Assembly: GCA_965202805.1 (NCBI GenBank)
Contig: OZ241869.1
Location: 1,120,001 to 1,184,000, forward strand
Direction: 5' to 3'
Length of the DNA: 64,000 nucleotides
From: Longimicrobiales bacterium
GTDB taxonomy: Bacteria; Gemmatimonadota; Gemmatimonadetes; Longimicrobiales; Gaopeijiaceae
Positions within the stretch are counted from its first letter, which is position 1. The number at the start of each line of letters is the position of its first letter. The notes beneath the pieces are model-generated. The model did not search any database. It was not told the origin of the DNA and saw only the letters and a list, made by a program, of their open reading frames with translations. The translations under genes and the position numbers were made by a program. Of the stretch, positions 42,097 through 51,838 are shown in pieces.

Positions 42097-43290
42097 ATGG
42101 GTCAGGAAACCACGGCACTCATTACCGAGCCAATGGGGGTATTCGGCTTCCTGGCCGCGCTCGTGGCCCTGATTTTCTGGGTCTCGGAGCTGCCGCGCTT
42201 CCGCAAGGTGTTCGAGGTCGTGCCGCCCGTCATCTACGTCTACTTCCTGCCGATGCTGGCGACGACCGCCGGGATCACCCCCGCAGCGTCCCCCCTCTAC
42301 GACTGGACGCGCCTGTACCTGCTCCTCTTCGCGCTCCTGCTGCTCATGGTCTCGGTGGATGTCGGGAGCATCCTGAAGCTCGGCGGGACCGCGCTCTTCA
42401 TGGTGGCGGCCGGCACGATCGGGATCATCATCGGGGGACCGATCTCGCTCCTGATCTTCAGGGACATGCTTCCGCCCGACGCGTGGACCGGTTTCGCGGC
42501 GCTCTCGGGAAGCTGGATCGGAGGGACGGCCAACATGGTGGCGGTCGCCGAGAGCGTGGGGACGTCGCCCGACGCGATGGGGCCGGCGATCGTGGTCGAC
42601 ACGGTGGTCGGGTACGGGTGGATGGGGGTGCTCATCGCGATGGTGGGGTTTCAGGGCCGCTTCGACCGGCGTACCGGGGCGCGCACCGAAGTGATCGAGG
42701 AGACCAACCGCCGCCTCGAGGCCATCAACCGGGAACGGCGCCCGATGTCGCTGCGCGACGCGGTCATCATGATCGGGCTGGGAATGGCGTGCGCGGTGGG
42801 CGCCGGGAGGCTCGGCGCGATGCTCCCGGCCGTAGGCGAGCCCACCATCATCAGCGGCACCACCTGGGCCATCCTGATCGTCGTGACCGGCGGGCTGATC
42901 CTGTCCTTCACGCGATTGAGGCAGCTCGAGTCGGTGGGCGCGTCACACCTGGGCTACACGGCGCTCTACCTGCTGCTGGCCGGGATCGGAGCCCAGGCCG
43001 ACCTGACGGCCGTACTCCAGACCCCCGTCTATCTGGCGGCCGGCGCGGTCTGGATCGCGATCCACCTGGCGGTGCTGCTGGTCGCTGCGCGCATCGTGCG
43101 CGCGCCCCTGTTCTTCGTGGCGACCGGGAGCATGGCCAACGTCGGCGGAGCGGCGTCCGCGCCGGTGGTCGCGGGGGTGTACCACCGGGCCATGGCGCCG
43201 ATCGGGCTGCTCATGGCCGTCGCGGGCTACATCCTGGGGATCTATGGGGCGCTCGCGTGCGCGTGGCTGCTGGGTCAGGTGGGGGGATGA
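42097..43290 (+). CDS. DUF819 family membrane protein
   Basis: About 11 TM helices; GSWIGGTANM, SMANVGGAASAP. Confidence 0.85.
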   Translation: MGQETTALITEPMGVFGFLAALVALIFWVSELPRFRKVFEVVPPVIYVYFLPMLATTAGITPAASPLYDWTRLYLLLFALLLLMVSVDVGSILKLGGTALFMVAAGTIGIIIGGPISLLIFRDMLPPDAWTGFAALSGSWIGGTANMVAVAESVGTSPDAMGPAIVVDTVVGYGWMGVLIAMVGFQGRFDRRTGARTEVIEETNRRLEAINRERRPMSLRDAVIMIGLGMACAVGAGRLGAMLPAVGEPTIISGTTWAILIVVTGGLILSFTRLRQLESVGASHLGYTALYLLLAGIGAQADLTAVLQTPVYLAAGAVWIAIHLAVLLVAARIVRAPLFFVATGSMANVGGAASAPVVAGVYHRAMAPIGLLMAVAGYILGIYGALACAWLLGQVGG

Positions 43291-44045
43291 AGGGGATGGC
43301 CGGGCGACACGCCGGACCTGCGCACGAGGGGGTGGCGGTCGAGAGGTCGGCGGACTCGGTTGGCGCACCCCGGCTGACGGGGCGCTCCCCTGGCATGTGC
43401 CTGTTTCTCCTGGCCACCGCCTGCTCCCCTGCCCCGGCCGGCCCCGACCCCGCCCTTCTGGAGGCGATTGACTGGTACACCGGGGTGGCCGGAACCGTTG
43501 ACGATGTCCGGGCCCGCGAGTTGCTGGAGCAGGCGGTTGCGGAAGGGGGGCCGCTGGCGCAGATGTGGCTGGCGCGCGTCCACTCGACGGGGCGGATGGG
43601 CTTTCCCCGCGACGAGGAACGGGCGCGCGAGATCGCCGCGGAGATCATCGCGGAAGTGGAGCGCGCGGCCGGGGCGGGCGTGCCGGAAGCCGTCTTCCTG
43701 ATGGGAACGGCCTACGACGAAGGGCTGGGCAAGCCGGTCGATCCGGCCCGGGCCGCGACCTGGCATCGCCGCGCCGCAGAGCTGGGGCACGTGCTCGGAG
43801 CGCACAACCTGGGGAACCAGTACGCAGCCGGACGAGGTGTCGAGGAGGACCACGCCCTGGCGGCGGAATGGTGGCTGCGGGCCGCCGAGCGGGGGGACGC
43901 CATCACCCAGCTCAGGCTCGGCGAGGCGTACGAGGCCGGGCAGGGGGTTCCCCTCGATCCGGAGCAGGCCCGGGAGTGGTACGGGCGGGCCGCCGCGGCG
44001 GGAAACGCGCAGGCGGCCGAGGCGCTGGAGCGGTTGGAGGGTTAG
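43287..44045 (+). CDS. Sel1-like repeat lipoprotein
   Basis: AVFLMGTAYDEGLG..D..AATWHRRAAELG, AHNLGNQYAAGRGV, LRLGEAYEAGQGV; lipobox ATAC; start 43287 (ATGA overlap) or 43395. Confidence 0.85.
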   Translation: MKGMAGRHAGPAHEGVAVERSADSVGAPRLTGRSPGMCLFLLATACSPAPAGPDPALLEAIDWYTGVAGTVDDVRARELLEQAVAEGGPLAQMWLARVHSTGRMGFPRDEERAREIAAEIIAEVERAAGAGVPEAVFLMGTAYDEGLGKPVDPARAATWHRRAAELGHVLGAHNLGNQYAAGRGVEEDHALAAEWWLRAAERGDAITQLRLGEAYEAGQGVPLDPEQAREWYGRAAAAGNAQAAEALERLEG

Positions 44046-44107
44046 GGCGTCGGCGTCGGCAAGGGCGGCTTGGGAAGCACTGTGGTGCGTTCGATAGGCA
44101 TCCTTCT

Positions 44108-44154
44108 GGTTGCAAAATAACGCCGCAACCGTCATTTTTCCCGTCAATATGACG
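44108..44154 (+). promoter_or_regulatory. Putative promoter overlapped by two inverted repeats
   Basis: TTGCAA-17 nt-CATTTT; ggttgc/gcaacc (44108-44130); cgtcat/atgacg (44130-44154). Confidence 0.45.
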
Positions 44155-45312
44155 ACTCTGCCGCGATTTCTCGACGTTCCGCAGGGGAGCTTCTTCCTTT
44201 TCGGCCCACGTGGGACGGGCAAGACGACCTGGCTGCGCGAGAAGCTTCCGGACGCGCTCGTATTGGATCTCCTGCGCGCCGAGGAGTTCCGTCGATTCGC
44301 AGCTCGCCCGGAGCGGTTGCGTGAGCTGGTCCGCGCCGCGCCGCCCGGCGGTGATGTGGTGGTTGACGAGATCCAGCGCGTCCCCGAGCTCCTCAACGTG
44401 GTGCACGAACTGATGGAGAGCGGAAAACGGTGGCGGTTCGTGCTGACCGGGTCGAGCGCCCGGACGCTGCGCCGCGGGGGGGTCAACCTCCTGGCGGGCC
44501 GCGCGATCATGCAGACGATGCACCCCTTCATGGCGGGGGAACTGGGATCCAGGTTCGACCTGCGGACTGCCCTGACGCTCGGAACCGTCGCGACCGTCCT
44601 TTCCTCCGACGATCCGGCGTCGGCGCTCGCCGCGTACGCGACTCTCTACGTCGAGCAGGAAGTGCGCGCCGAGGGCCTGGCCCGGGACATGGGCAGTTTC
44701 TCGCGGTTCCTAGAAGCCGCCGCATTCTCCCACGCGGCGACGCTCAACGTGAGCGAGGTCGCCCGCGAATGCGAAACGAGCCGGTCCACCGTCTCCGGCT
44801 ACCTCGAGTTGCTCGAGGATCTCCTGCTGGCGTTTCGCCTTCCCGTCTTCACGCGGAGGGCGAAGCGACGCCTCGTCGCACATCCCCGCTTCTTCTACTT
44901 CGACTGCGGCGTATTCGGGAGCCTGCGTCCCTCAGGACCTCTCGACCGGCCCGAAGAGATCGCCGGTCCGGCTCTTGAGGGGCTGGTCGCGCAGCACCTG
45001 CGCGCGTGGCTGGCGTATTCGGGGGCGGACGGAACGCTGTACTACTGGCGCACCCGGGCGGGCGCCGAGGTCGATTTCGTTCTCTACGGGTCACTCGGCA
45101 TCTGGGGTATCGACGTCATGCACGCCGACCGAATACGTCCGGCCGATCTCCGGGGACTCCGGGCCTTCGGCGACGAGTATCCCGAGGCCCGCCGGCTGCT
45201 GCTGTACCGGGGCGAACACCGGCTGGTGCGAAAGGGCGTGCTCTGCCTTCCGGTCGATGGGTTCCTGCGAGGGCTGAATCCCGCCAGGGCATTGGACGAC
45301 ATAGTCGGATAG
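44149..45312 (+). CDS. AAA_14 ATPase with DUF4143 C-terminal domain
   Basis: FGPRGTGKT, VVVDEIQR, LTGSSA, LAGR, wHTH (NVSEVARECETSRSTVSGYL), YFDCG, YYWRT..EVDF. Confidence 0.9.
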   Translation: MTTLPRFLDVPQGSFFLFGPRGTGKTTWLREKLPDALVLDLLRAEEFRRFAARPERLRELVRAAPPGGDVVVDEIQRVPELLNVVHELMESGKRWRFVLTGSSARTLRRGGVNLLAGRAIMQTMHPFMAGELGSRFDLRTALTLGTVATVLSSDDPASALAAYATLYVEQEVRAEGLARDMGSFSRFLEAAAFSHAATLNVSEVARECETSRSTVSGYLELLEDLLLAFRLPVFTRRAKRRLVAHPRFFYFDCGVFGSLRPSGPLDRPEEIAGPALEGLVAQHLRAWLAYSGADGTLYYWRTRAGAEVDFVLYGSLGIWGIDVMHADRIRPADLRGLRAFGDEYPEARRLLLYRGEHRLVRKGVLCLPVDGFLRGLNPARALDDIVG

Positions 45313-45373
45313 CGGCCCCGGGCCGTGCTGCCGCGTCAGTACGGCGCACGCCGTCAACCCGGTATACCAGCCT

Positions 45374-45514
45374 TCAAGTCAGATCCCGCAGCCAGATTTC
45401 GGGCTGGCCCCTCAGGCTGACCGCTCCAAGGACTCGAAGATCGAGCGTCGCAATCGCGCGTGCCTCCAGGCGCTCGGCCACGGCCATGACGACGCCGACC
45501 ACCAAGCCCAGGTT
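45374..45514 (-). pseudogene. 3' remnant of a PIN/VapC toxin gene
   Basis: NLGLVVGVVMAVAERLEARAIATLDLRVLGAV resembles the VapC C-terminus pattern LGLVDx.VMAVAER...IATLDxRHF; no 5' half is present. Confidence 0.55.
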
Positions 45515-45522
45515 CTCGCGGC

Positions 45523-48500
45523 CTAATCCAGCAAACCGGCCAGTGCTGAAGCTCCCTCGAGGGCCGCGTCGGACCGTACCAGTTCCCGCCGCCTTGCGCC
45601 GGATAGCCACGTCACTCGGCTGCCTGTCGCGCTCCGTGTGACGGCGAGCACGTCTTCGATCTGCTCCGCGACGGCGCCGACATGGGAGATCACGCCCACC
45701 ATCCGACCCTTCCCTGCCACCATCGAGAGCGCCTCGATGGCGGAATCGAGGTTGTTGCGGTCCAGCGATCCGAAGCCCTCGTCGAGGAAGAGCGATTCGA
45801 GGCGGCCGCCGCTCCGGGCCATCATCTCCACCATCCCGAGCGCCAGCGCCAGCGACCCGATGAACTGTTCCCCGCCCGACAGGCTGGCAGGGGAGCGCGC
45901 CTGCCCCGAGTCGTTGTCGACGACCAGCCACTGCTGGTCCGCCAGATCCCCGGGGTCAGCGAAAGCGTAGCGGCCCGCTGTCATCTCCTCCAGCATCTTC
46001 GAAGCGTACACCAACAGGTCCCGCGAACGCCGCAACGTGAGCCACTTGAGGAACGCACCCGGCTTGAGTGCGGCGTCGAGATCGCCCAGGGCGAGCTCCA
46101 GCGCCGCGACCTCGTCGGTGGTCCGTCGGAGTCTCACGAGATCGTCGAAGATTGCGGCGAACTGGTCCCGGCCCCGCGTTGCGTCCCGGGCGGCGTAGCC
46201 TGCTTCGCTGGCCGCTCGACCGGTGGATTGAACCAGAGCCTCCAGATCGGTGGGGTCGGCGGGAGGGTCCAGTTGCCCCGCGACCGTCCGGGCTTCGCGA
46301 CGGGCCTCGTCGGCGGCAGCGAGAGCGTGGCGGCGACGGTCCACCGCCAGCTCCAGTACCTCACCCATCGTTTGGCGGACGCGACCGATGCCTTTCCCGA
46401 GCGTCGCCGCATCCACGGGGTAGTGAATGGCTGCCGGGATCGTGATTTCGGCAGCCAACTCGCGCACGGCTTCCGCAAGAGTGGTTCGGTGTTCGCCGAG
46501 TTCGCGAACGATGTCCTGCAAAGGCCTTTCGACTTCGGTCTTGCGGGTCTCACCGAGATGCTTCTGCGCGGTCCTCGCCTCCTCGATTTCCTTGAGCAGG
46601 CGGTCCCGCTCCCGTTGGCGCAACTGAAGGATCTTCTCGCGCTCCCGTGCCGTGTATGAGGCGCGGTCAACTGTTGCGGTGTCGACCGTCTCCAGCTCCG
46701 CTGGATCGGAGGGAAGAACCAGCCGAGGGCGGAACGCCGGGACGACGGATTGGATGTTCCCGTGGAGAGCGTCGAGAGCGTCGCCGGCGGCGGTGCGGGT
46801 GCTGTCGATGTGGCTCCTCGCGTGATCGAGTGTCTGCCGGGCGGAGTTTTCCTCAACCTGGGCAGCTGTTTGCGCCTTGCGTAGCTCTTCGGCCTCAATG
46901 CGGTGATCGCTCAGCTTCGTTTCGGCTTCGCGGAGGCGCTGTCCGGCCGGGGCGAGAACCTGCTCCGGGTCCGGCAGCGGGGCGTCCTGTAAGGGCGGAA
47001 AGGCGTCGTCCAGCCCGGCAGCGTCGCGAAGGTGGCCGAGTGCGCCGACGATCTCGGATCGGAGGGCGTCCAGACTCCTCGTGGTGCCTGCGATCCCTTG
47101 CCGGACGGACCTCTGCTGCGCCTTGAGATCGGCCACTACGTTGCTCGCCTCCCCGGCTTGTGACCTCGCTGTCTTGTCGGCCTCGCGCGCCGCATCCAGA
47201 CCGGTGTCCTGTGGTGGTGTCCAGCATTCGGGGAGGTCGCGCTGGCAGACGGGACATTCGTCGCCCGGACAGAGACCATGGGCCGCAGCTGCGGCAGCGT
47301 TGGTGCGTTGCGCCTCGCTCAGTTCCTGCTCGGCTCGTCGCAGGCGCTCTTGCGCCTCCTGGAGATCACGCTGCGCGTTGACAAGCTGTGCCCGGACCCT
47401 GTCCAGCTCCTGCTCCTGCCCGGCCAACGCCTCCTCCTCCGAGCGGATGCGCGCCCGCAGGTCCCGGCACTTCTCGTACCAGCGCTCGGCCTTCGCCAAA
47501 AGCCCGGCGGCGGCTTTGGCCGCTTCAAATAGCGGCGGCTCCAGCCCCTGGTGCCGGGCCAGCTCATCTCCTGCCGATTCGAGGGCCTGCCGGGCCCGGG
47601 CTTGGCGCTTCTCCGCCCCGACCTCGCCGGCGATCGCTTCACGCAGCTTCCGGGCTGCCCTGACCGCCCGCTCTACCTCATTCGGGATCGCGTCCAGCGT
47701 GGCGAGGGTACGCGCGATCTCGTGATGGTCGGGGCCGTCATCCGTGGGAATGCCGTTCAGGTCTCGCTTCAGGCCGGCCTCCCGCCGCTCCAGTTCCGTC
47801 GCTTCGGCATCCATCCGGCGCTGCGCACTATCCAGGGGCGCCAGCCGGTCGGCCATTTCGTCCATCGCCAACGGGGTCACGCGCTCGCTTGCACGCCGGG
47901 CGGCTCCGACTCTTTCCTCGGATCGACGGATGACATCACGAGCCTGCCTGGACCGGTCCCGAAGATCGGTCAGAGCATCCGCCTCACGGCTCGCCGCGTC
48001 GGCCTGGGCGGTGAGCCCCGCAAGGTGCACCTCGGGATCATCCGGATGGCGCCCCACTTCGTCGTGCAGTCGCACAGCCAGCGTCTTGACTTCGGCCAGT
48101 CGCTGCCCTGCCGCCTCTCCCGCCGCCTCCAGATCCTGGGTGCGCCACACCTGGCGCAGGATCTCGGTGCGGGCGGACGGCGCGTCTTCGACCAGGAGGC
48201 GGGCGAAGCGCCCCTGTGGCAGGATCACGGTGCGCAGGAACGCATCGCTGTCGAGACCGATCAGCGCCCGTACCCGCTCGTTGACCGGCCGGACCTGCTC
48301 GACCTTCTCGATCGTCTCGCCCTCGGGCCCGTAGCGAACCAGCTGCGCCTGAGCCGGTCGGAGTCCGCCTGCACCCGACCTCCGGTCGACCCGCGCCACC
48401 TCCCACTCCTCACCGGCCACCCGGAAGCGCAACACCACGCGCATCACGTCCGACGTGTCGTTCATCAACTCCTGCTTGGATCGGCCCCCGAGAGAGGTCT

Positions 48501-48654
48501 GTCCGTACAGGGCGTACGTCATCGCCTCGAGGATGGAGGACTTTCCCGCGCCGGTGTCGCCGATCACCGCGACCTGGGTGCGGTTGCCGAAGTCGATCCC
48601 GACCTCGGCCCGGAAGGAACGCAGTCCCTCAATGCTGATTCGAAGTGGTCGCAT
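45523..48654 (-). CDS. sbcC: SbcC/Rad50-like SMC-family ATPase
   Basis: IEGLRSF, GDTGAGKS, LPQGRF, long coiled coil, zinc hook CPVC, LSGGE, LFLDEGFGSLD, ISH. Confidence 0.93.
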   Translation of the reverse strand: MRPLRISIEGLRSFRAEVGIDFGNRTQVAVIGDTGAGKSSILEAMTYALYGQTSLGGRSKQELMNDTSDVMRVVLRFRVAGEEWEVARVDRRSGAGGLRPAQAQLVRYGPEGETIEKVEQVRPVNERVRALIGLDSDAFLRTVILPQGRFARLLVEDAPSARTEILRQVWRTQDLEAAGEAAGQRLAEVKTLAVRLHDEVGRHPDDPEVHLAGLTAQADAASREADALTDLRDRSRQARDVIRRSEERVGAARRASERVTPLAMDEMADRLAPLDSAQRRMDAEATELERREAGLKRDLNGIPTDDGPDHHEIARTLATLDAIPNEVERAVRAARKLREAIAGEVGAEKRQARARQALESAGDELARHQGLEPPLFEAAKAAAGLLAKAERWYEKCRDLRARIRSEEEALAGQEQELDRVRAQLVNAQRDLQEAQERLRRAEQELSEAQRTNAAAAAAHGLCPGDECPVCQRDLPECWTPPQDTGLDAAREADKTARSQAGEASNVVADLKAQQRSVRQGIAGTTRSLDALRSEIVGALGHLRDAAGLDDAFPPLQDAPLPDPEQVLAPAGQRLREAETKLSDHRIEAEELRKAQTAAQVEENSARQTLDHARSHIDSTRTAAGDALDALHGNIQSVVPAFRPRLVLPSDPAELETVDTATVDRASYTAREREKILQLRQRERDRLLKEIEEARTAQKHLGETRKTEVERPLQDIVRELGEHRTTLAEAVRELAAEITIPAAIHYPVDAATLGKGIGRVRQTMGEVLELAVDRRRHALAAADEARREARTVAGQLDPPADPTDLEALVQSTGRAASEAGYAARDATRGRDQFAAIFDDLVRLRRTTDEVAALELALGDLDAALKPGAFLKWLTLRRSRDLLVYASKMLEEMTAGRYAFADPGDLADQQWLVVDNDSGQARSPASLSGGEQFIGSLALALGMVEMMARSGGRLESLFLDEGFGSLDRNNLDSAIEALSMVAGKGRMVGVISHVGAVAEQIEDVLAVTRSATGSRVTWLSGARRRELVRSDAALEGASALAGLLD

Positions 48655-48658
48655 TCGA

Positions 48659-49966
48659 TCAGTCGCCCACCTGATGACCCGGTTCACCCGTGTGCGGTCT
48701 GTCGCGTTGCCCGGCCGCACCGCCTCCCGATCCGCCGCGCAATGCGGCGAGGACGTCCTCGGCACGCATCGTGAGCTCGGTCAATCCGAAGTCCGGTCCA
48801 TCCTCGTCCCCCGCGCCGGCCACGGCCTCGCGAAAGAGTGCCAGTACCGTGTCCCGGGGCGCTTTCGTCGCCTTGCCCGTCGCCGCCGTGCCCCGCCATT
48901 CGACAAAGAGATCTTCAATGGAGGGCTCGTCGCTGTCCTCCGCCCCGGAGATCGCCTTGACGGACCGGTTGGCCACTTCGTTCACCAGGTTGAAGATCAC
49001 GCACCCCGGGGACCACTCGGCCACCCGGTCGGCCAGCTCGGGAATCGGATCGTCGGACTTGACGACGGCCTTGAGGAAACACCCGTCCAATGCGCCGTTC
49101 GCCGCGCGCGCCTCCAGTTCGTACAACGTCCCGGCGAAGCTCTGCAGCGGCCGCCCCGGGGGCAGTTCCCGTTCGCGGATCCGGACGTCGTCGCCGATCG
49201 TGACCACGACCGCGTGCTTGGTCTGTCCGCCCTCGCCGTAGTCCAGCGGGATGAGCGACCCGGCGTAGCGGCCGCGCGCGCTGCCGGGAAGCTGCTGAGG
49301 GTCGTGGATGTGCCCGAAGGCGCAGTAGAGCGCGCGGTGCAGACCCTTCGTGTGCGTGGCGTGGTCCTCGCCGACCGTGAACCGCCGTTCGGAGTTCCCG
49401 GGACGCGCCCCGTCGACGTGCAGGTGCGCCGCGTAGAGGACGATGCCGTGCGGGCCTGCAACCTCGCGCGCGCCGCCGATCACATGGTCGTTGAGGTTGC
49501 GGATGCCATCGGCGTAGTCGCCCTCGAAGCGCGAGGCGTCGCCGGTGGCGTAGTCGGTGATCGCGCCCGGCGGGATGAAGGGAACGCAGGCGAGGGCGAC
49601 GGGCACCTCCGCGAGGGCGTCGAACTCCAGGACGCGCGGCGAGGTGACGAACCACAGGCGGCGGGGCGAGGCCATGCCCGCCATATCGTCGAGTACGTCG
49701 AACAGGGCGCCCGAGTCGTGATTGCCGCCGATCACCACGGTCGGTGCGATCTTCGCAAGCCGCTGGAGGGCCGTGACACCGAGACGCAGCGCCGGGTACG
49801 GAGGCCGGTAGGCATCGAAGAGGTCGCCCGCGTGAACGATCAGGTCGGGGCGCTCGGAGGCAGCCACGTCCAGCAGCGCACGCAGCGCCGCCTGGTGATC
49901 CTCCATCCTGTCGTGGCGTCCCAGCTTCGCCCCGAGGTGCCAGTCGGCGGTGTGAAGCAGCTTCAC
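48659..49966 (-). CDS. sbcD: SbcD/Mre11 nuclease
   Basis: HTADWHLG, AGDLFD, GNHD, AHLHV, FGHIH, YAGSLIPLDYGE. Confidence 0.93.
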   Translation of the reverse strand: MKLLHTADWHLGAKLGRHDRMEDHQAALRALLDVAASERPDLIVHAGDLFDAYRPPYPALRLGVTALQRLAKIAPTVVIGGNHDSGALFDVLDDMAGMASPRRLWFVTSPRVLEFDALAEVPVALACVPFIPPGAITDYATGDASRFEGDYADGIRNLNDHVIGGAREVAGPHGIVLYAAHLHVDGARPGNSERRFTVGEDHATHTKGLHRALYCAFGHIHDPQQLPGSARGRYAGSLIPLDYGEGGQTKHAVVVTIGDDVRIRERELPPGRPLQSFAGTLYELEARAANGALDGCFLKAVVKSDDPIPELADRVAEWSPGCVIFNLVNEVANRSVKAISGAEDSDEPSIEDLFVEWRGTAATGKATKAPRDTVLALFREAVAGAGDEDGPDFGLTELTMRAEDVLAALRGGSGGGAAGQRDRPHTGEPGHQVGD

Positions 49967-49975
49967 GGCGCTTCC

Positions 49976-51838
49976 CTACAACTCGACCTTCGAGCCCGAC
50001 ATGGCGGTCAGGTTGGTGATGATCGTGTCCGTGCGCTTCCGGTCCCGCGCGTCGTCGGCTTCGGCCTCGTCGGGGTTGGTGGCGTACGGCGGGAAGGGAA
50101 AGCGCAGCGGGATCGGCTCGGGCACGATCGGCTGGGACAGCACCATGGTCCCCGGCATGAAGCGTGACGCGCGCTCGCGAAGCGCGGAAGACAGGAAGCG
50201 GTAGGCGTCGGCCTCGTTCGCGTCGAGCCGTCCGGCCACCTTGAGCGATGCGTTGCGGGGGAGCGCCGGAGCAACCGCTGAAGCGGCCTGTTGCGCGCCC
50301 ACGAGGAGCACGCCCAGGGAGCGTCCGCGCTCGGCGATGTCGACGAGCAACTCCCGCAGCGGCGAGTAGCCCTTCGCGGGAGCATACTTGTTGAGTTCGT
50401 CCAGGACTACGAACCGCAGCGGAACGCGCCCCGTCCCCTGCTTCTCGCGCCACACCCCGTCCAGCAGTGAGCCCACCACAAAGCGCTGGGCGTCGTCGTG
50501 CAGGGTGGAGATGTCGACCACGTGCAGGCGGGCGTTCTCCGACGACACGGGCTTGAGGCCGCAACCGATCAGCGGCCCGATGTGCTTGCGGAGCCGGAGC
50601 AGGCGGCGCAGGTATGCCTGGCGCGTGCCCGACTGGGTGCGCCCGAACCAGGCCTTGAGGGTCTCGTCGTCGTCCCGGTTGGCCATCTTCTCGGTGAAAT
50701 CGACGAAATCCCCGAAGTCCTCCAGAACGTGGCCGGCGCCCGCACGCACCGACTCCGGTTCTCGAGCCGCCAGCCGGTCCGGATCAAAGCTCGTGTCCTC
50801 CGGGACGGTCGGGAGGATTACCACCGCGCCCGACTCTCCGCCCTCCATGCGGCGAAGGTGTCGCAGAAGCTGAATGCGGAACTGCTGTTCTATGAAGCCG
50901 ACCTGGGTCGAGCGGTCGTCCTCGGACGTGAAGCAGAACTGGAGGAGCTGGTCGCGGATGAACTGTTCCGGGGTCCAGCCGTAGGCGTGCACATCACCGG
51001 TGTCGCGGGACTTGACGCCGGGCACCCTCCCCGAGACGCCGGGCCGCCGGGGTGCGTAAAGGCGCACCGAGCGGAAAGGGCCGGGATCGGCGACGCCCAG
51101 GGCGCGCCACTGAGTGCGCGCGTCCGGCCTGCCCGGAAACTCCGAGTTCGGGCGATCGAGGTGGAGCAGATCCTCTCCCTTGGTGTTGAAGACGAGCGCG
51201 CGCACGTTCTGGCGCTCGGCACGCCCTCCAAGCAGCGCCATCCCGCCTTCGGTCTCCAGGAGCTGGTAGAGAATGTACAGCGCGTACGAGGTCTTGGTCG
51301 CGACGCCCGAGATACCCGAGATCGAGAAGTGCCCACCGGAACGCCCGTCGACGAAGCGCATGTCCGCGTAAAGGGGCTTGCCCCCCATGTCCACGCCGAC
51401 GGGGAGCTTGCCGCGCTTCATCTCGTCCTCGAACAGGGCGATCGTGCGGTCCTGACCCACGGCGCGCATGGCCACCGAGCCCGCGTCCGGGGCCACGAAG
51501 AGCTCGGGAACGACGCGCAGCACCCGCACCTCGGCCAGGCGCACGTGCTCGGCAGGCAGGATGCGATCGACGACCCGGGCCGTGTCGGAGGGCAGCTCGG
51601 CGCCCTCGAACCGGCTGCGCAACTCGGTGACGATTCCGTAGTGGGTGACCTCTTCCCCGTCGGGGAGTTCGTTGCGCACCGCGACCAGCTGGTCCAACTG
51701 CACGTGCGCGCCGGGATCGAGCACCACCTGGAACTCGCGCGAATTGCTGCCGTGCGCGCCGTCCACCAACCCGATCCGCGGGTCCGGCACCGTGCTGTCG
51801 TCGTCGCTTCCGGTCATCTGGCCCTCCTGGTCGTTCAC
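49976..51838 (-). CDS. herA: HerA-like ATPase (HAS-barrel plus FtsK/HerA motor)
   Basis: N-terminal beta-barrel; Walker A variant SISGISGVATKTSY; FNTKGEDL; Walker B VVLDELNKYAP; ERGRSLG; GAQQ. Confidence 0.85.
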   Translation of the reverse strand: MNDQEGQMTGSDDDSTVPDPRIGLVDGAHGSNSREFQVVLDPGAHVQLDQLVAVRNELPDGEEVTHYGIVTELRSRFEGAELPSDTARVVDRILPAEHVRLAEVRVLRVVPELFVAPDAGSVAMRAVGQDRTIALFEDEMKRGKLPVGVDMGGKPLYADMRFVDGRSGGHFSISGISGVATKTSYALYILYQLLETEGGMALLGGRAERQNVRALVFNTKGEDLLHLDRPNSEFPGRPDARTQWRALGVADPGPFRSVRLYAPRRPGVSGRVPGVKSRDTGDVHAYGWTPEQFIRDQLLQFCFTSEDDRSTQVGFIEQQFRIQLLRHLRRMEGGESGAVVILPTVPEDTSFDPDRLAAREPESVRAGAGHVLEDFGDFVDFTEKMANRDDDETLKAWFGRTQSGTRQAYLRRLLRLRKHIGPLIGCGLKPVSSENARLHVVDISTLHDDAQRFVVGSLLDGVWREKQGTGRVPLRFVVLDELNKYAPAKGYSPLRELLVDIAERGRSLGVLLVGAQQAASAVAPALPRNASLKVAGRLDANEADAYRFLSSALRERASRFMPGTMVLSQPIVPEPIPLRFPFPPYATNPDEAEADDARDRKRTDTIITNLTAMSGSKVEL

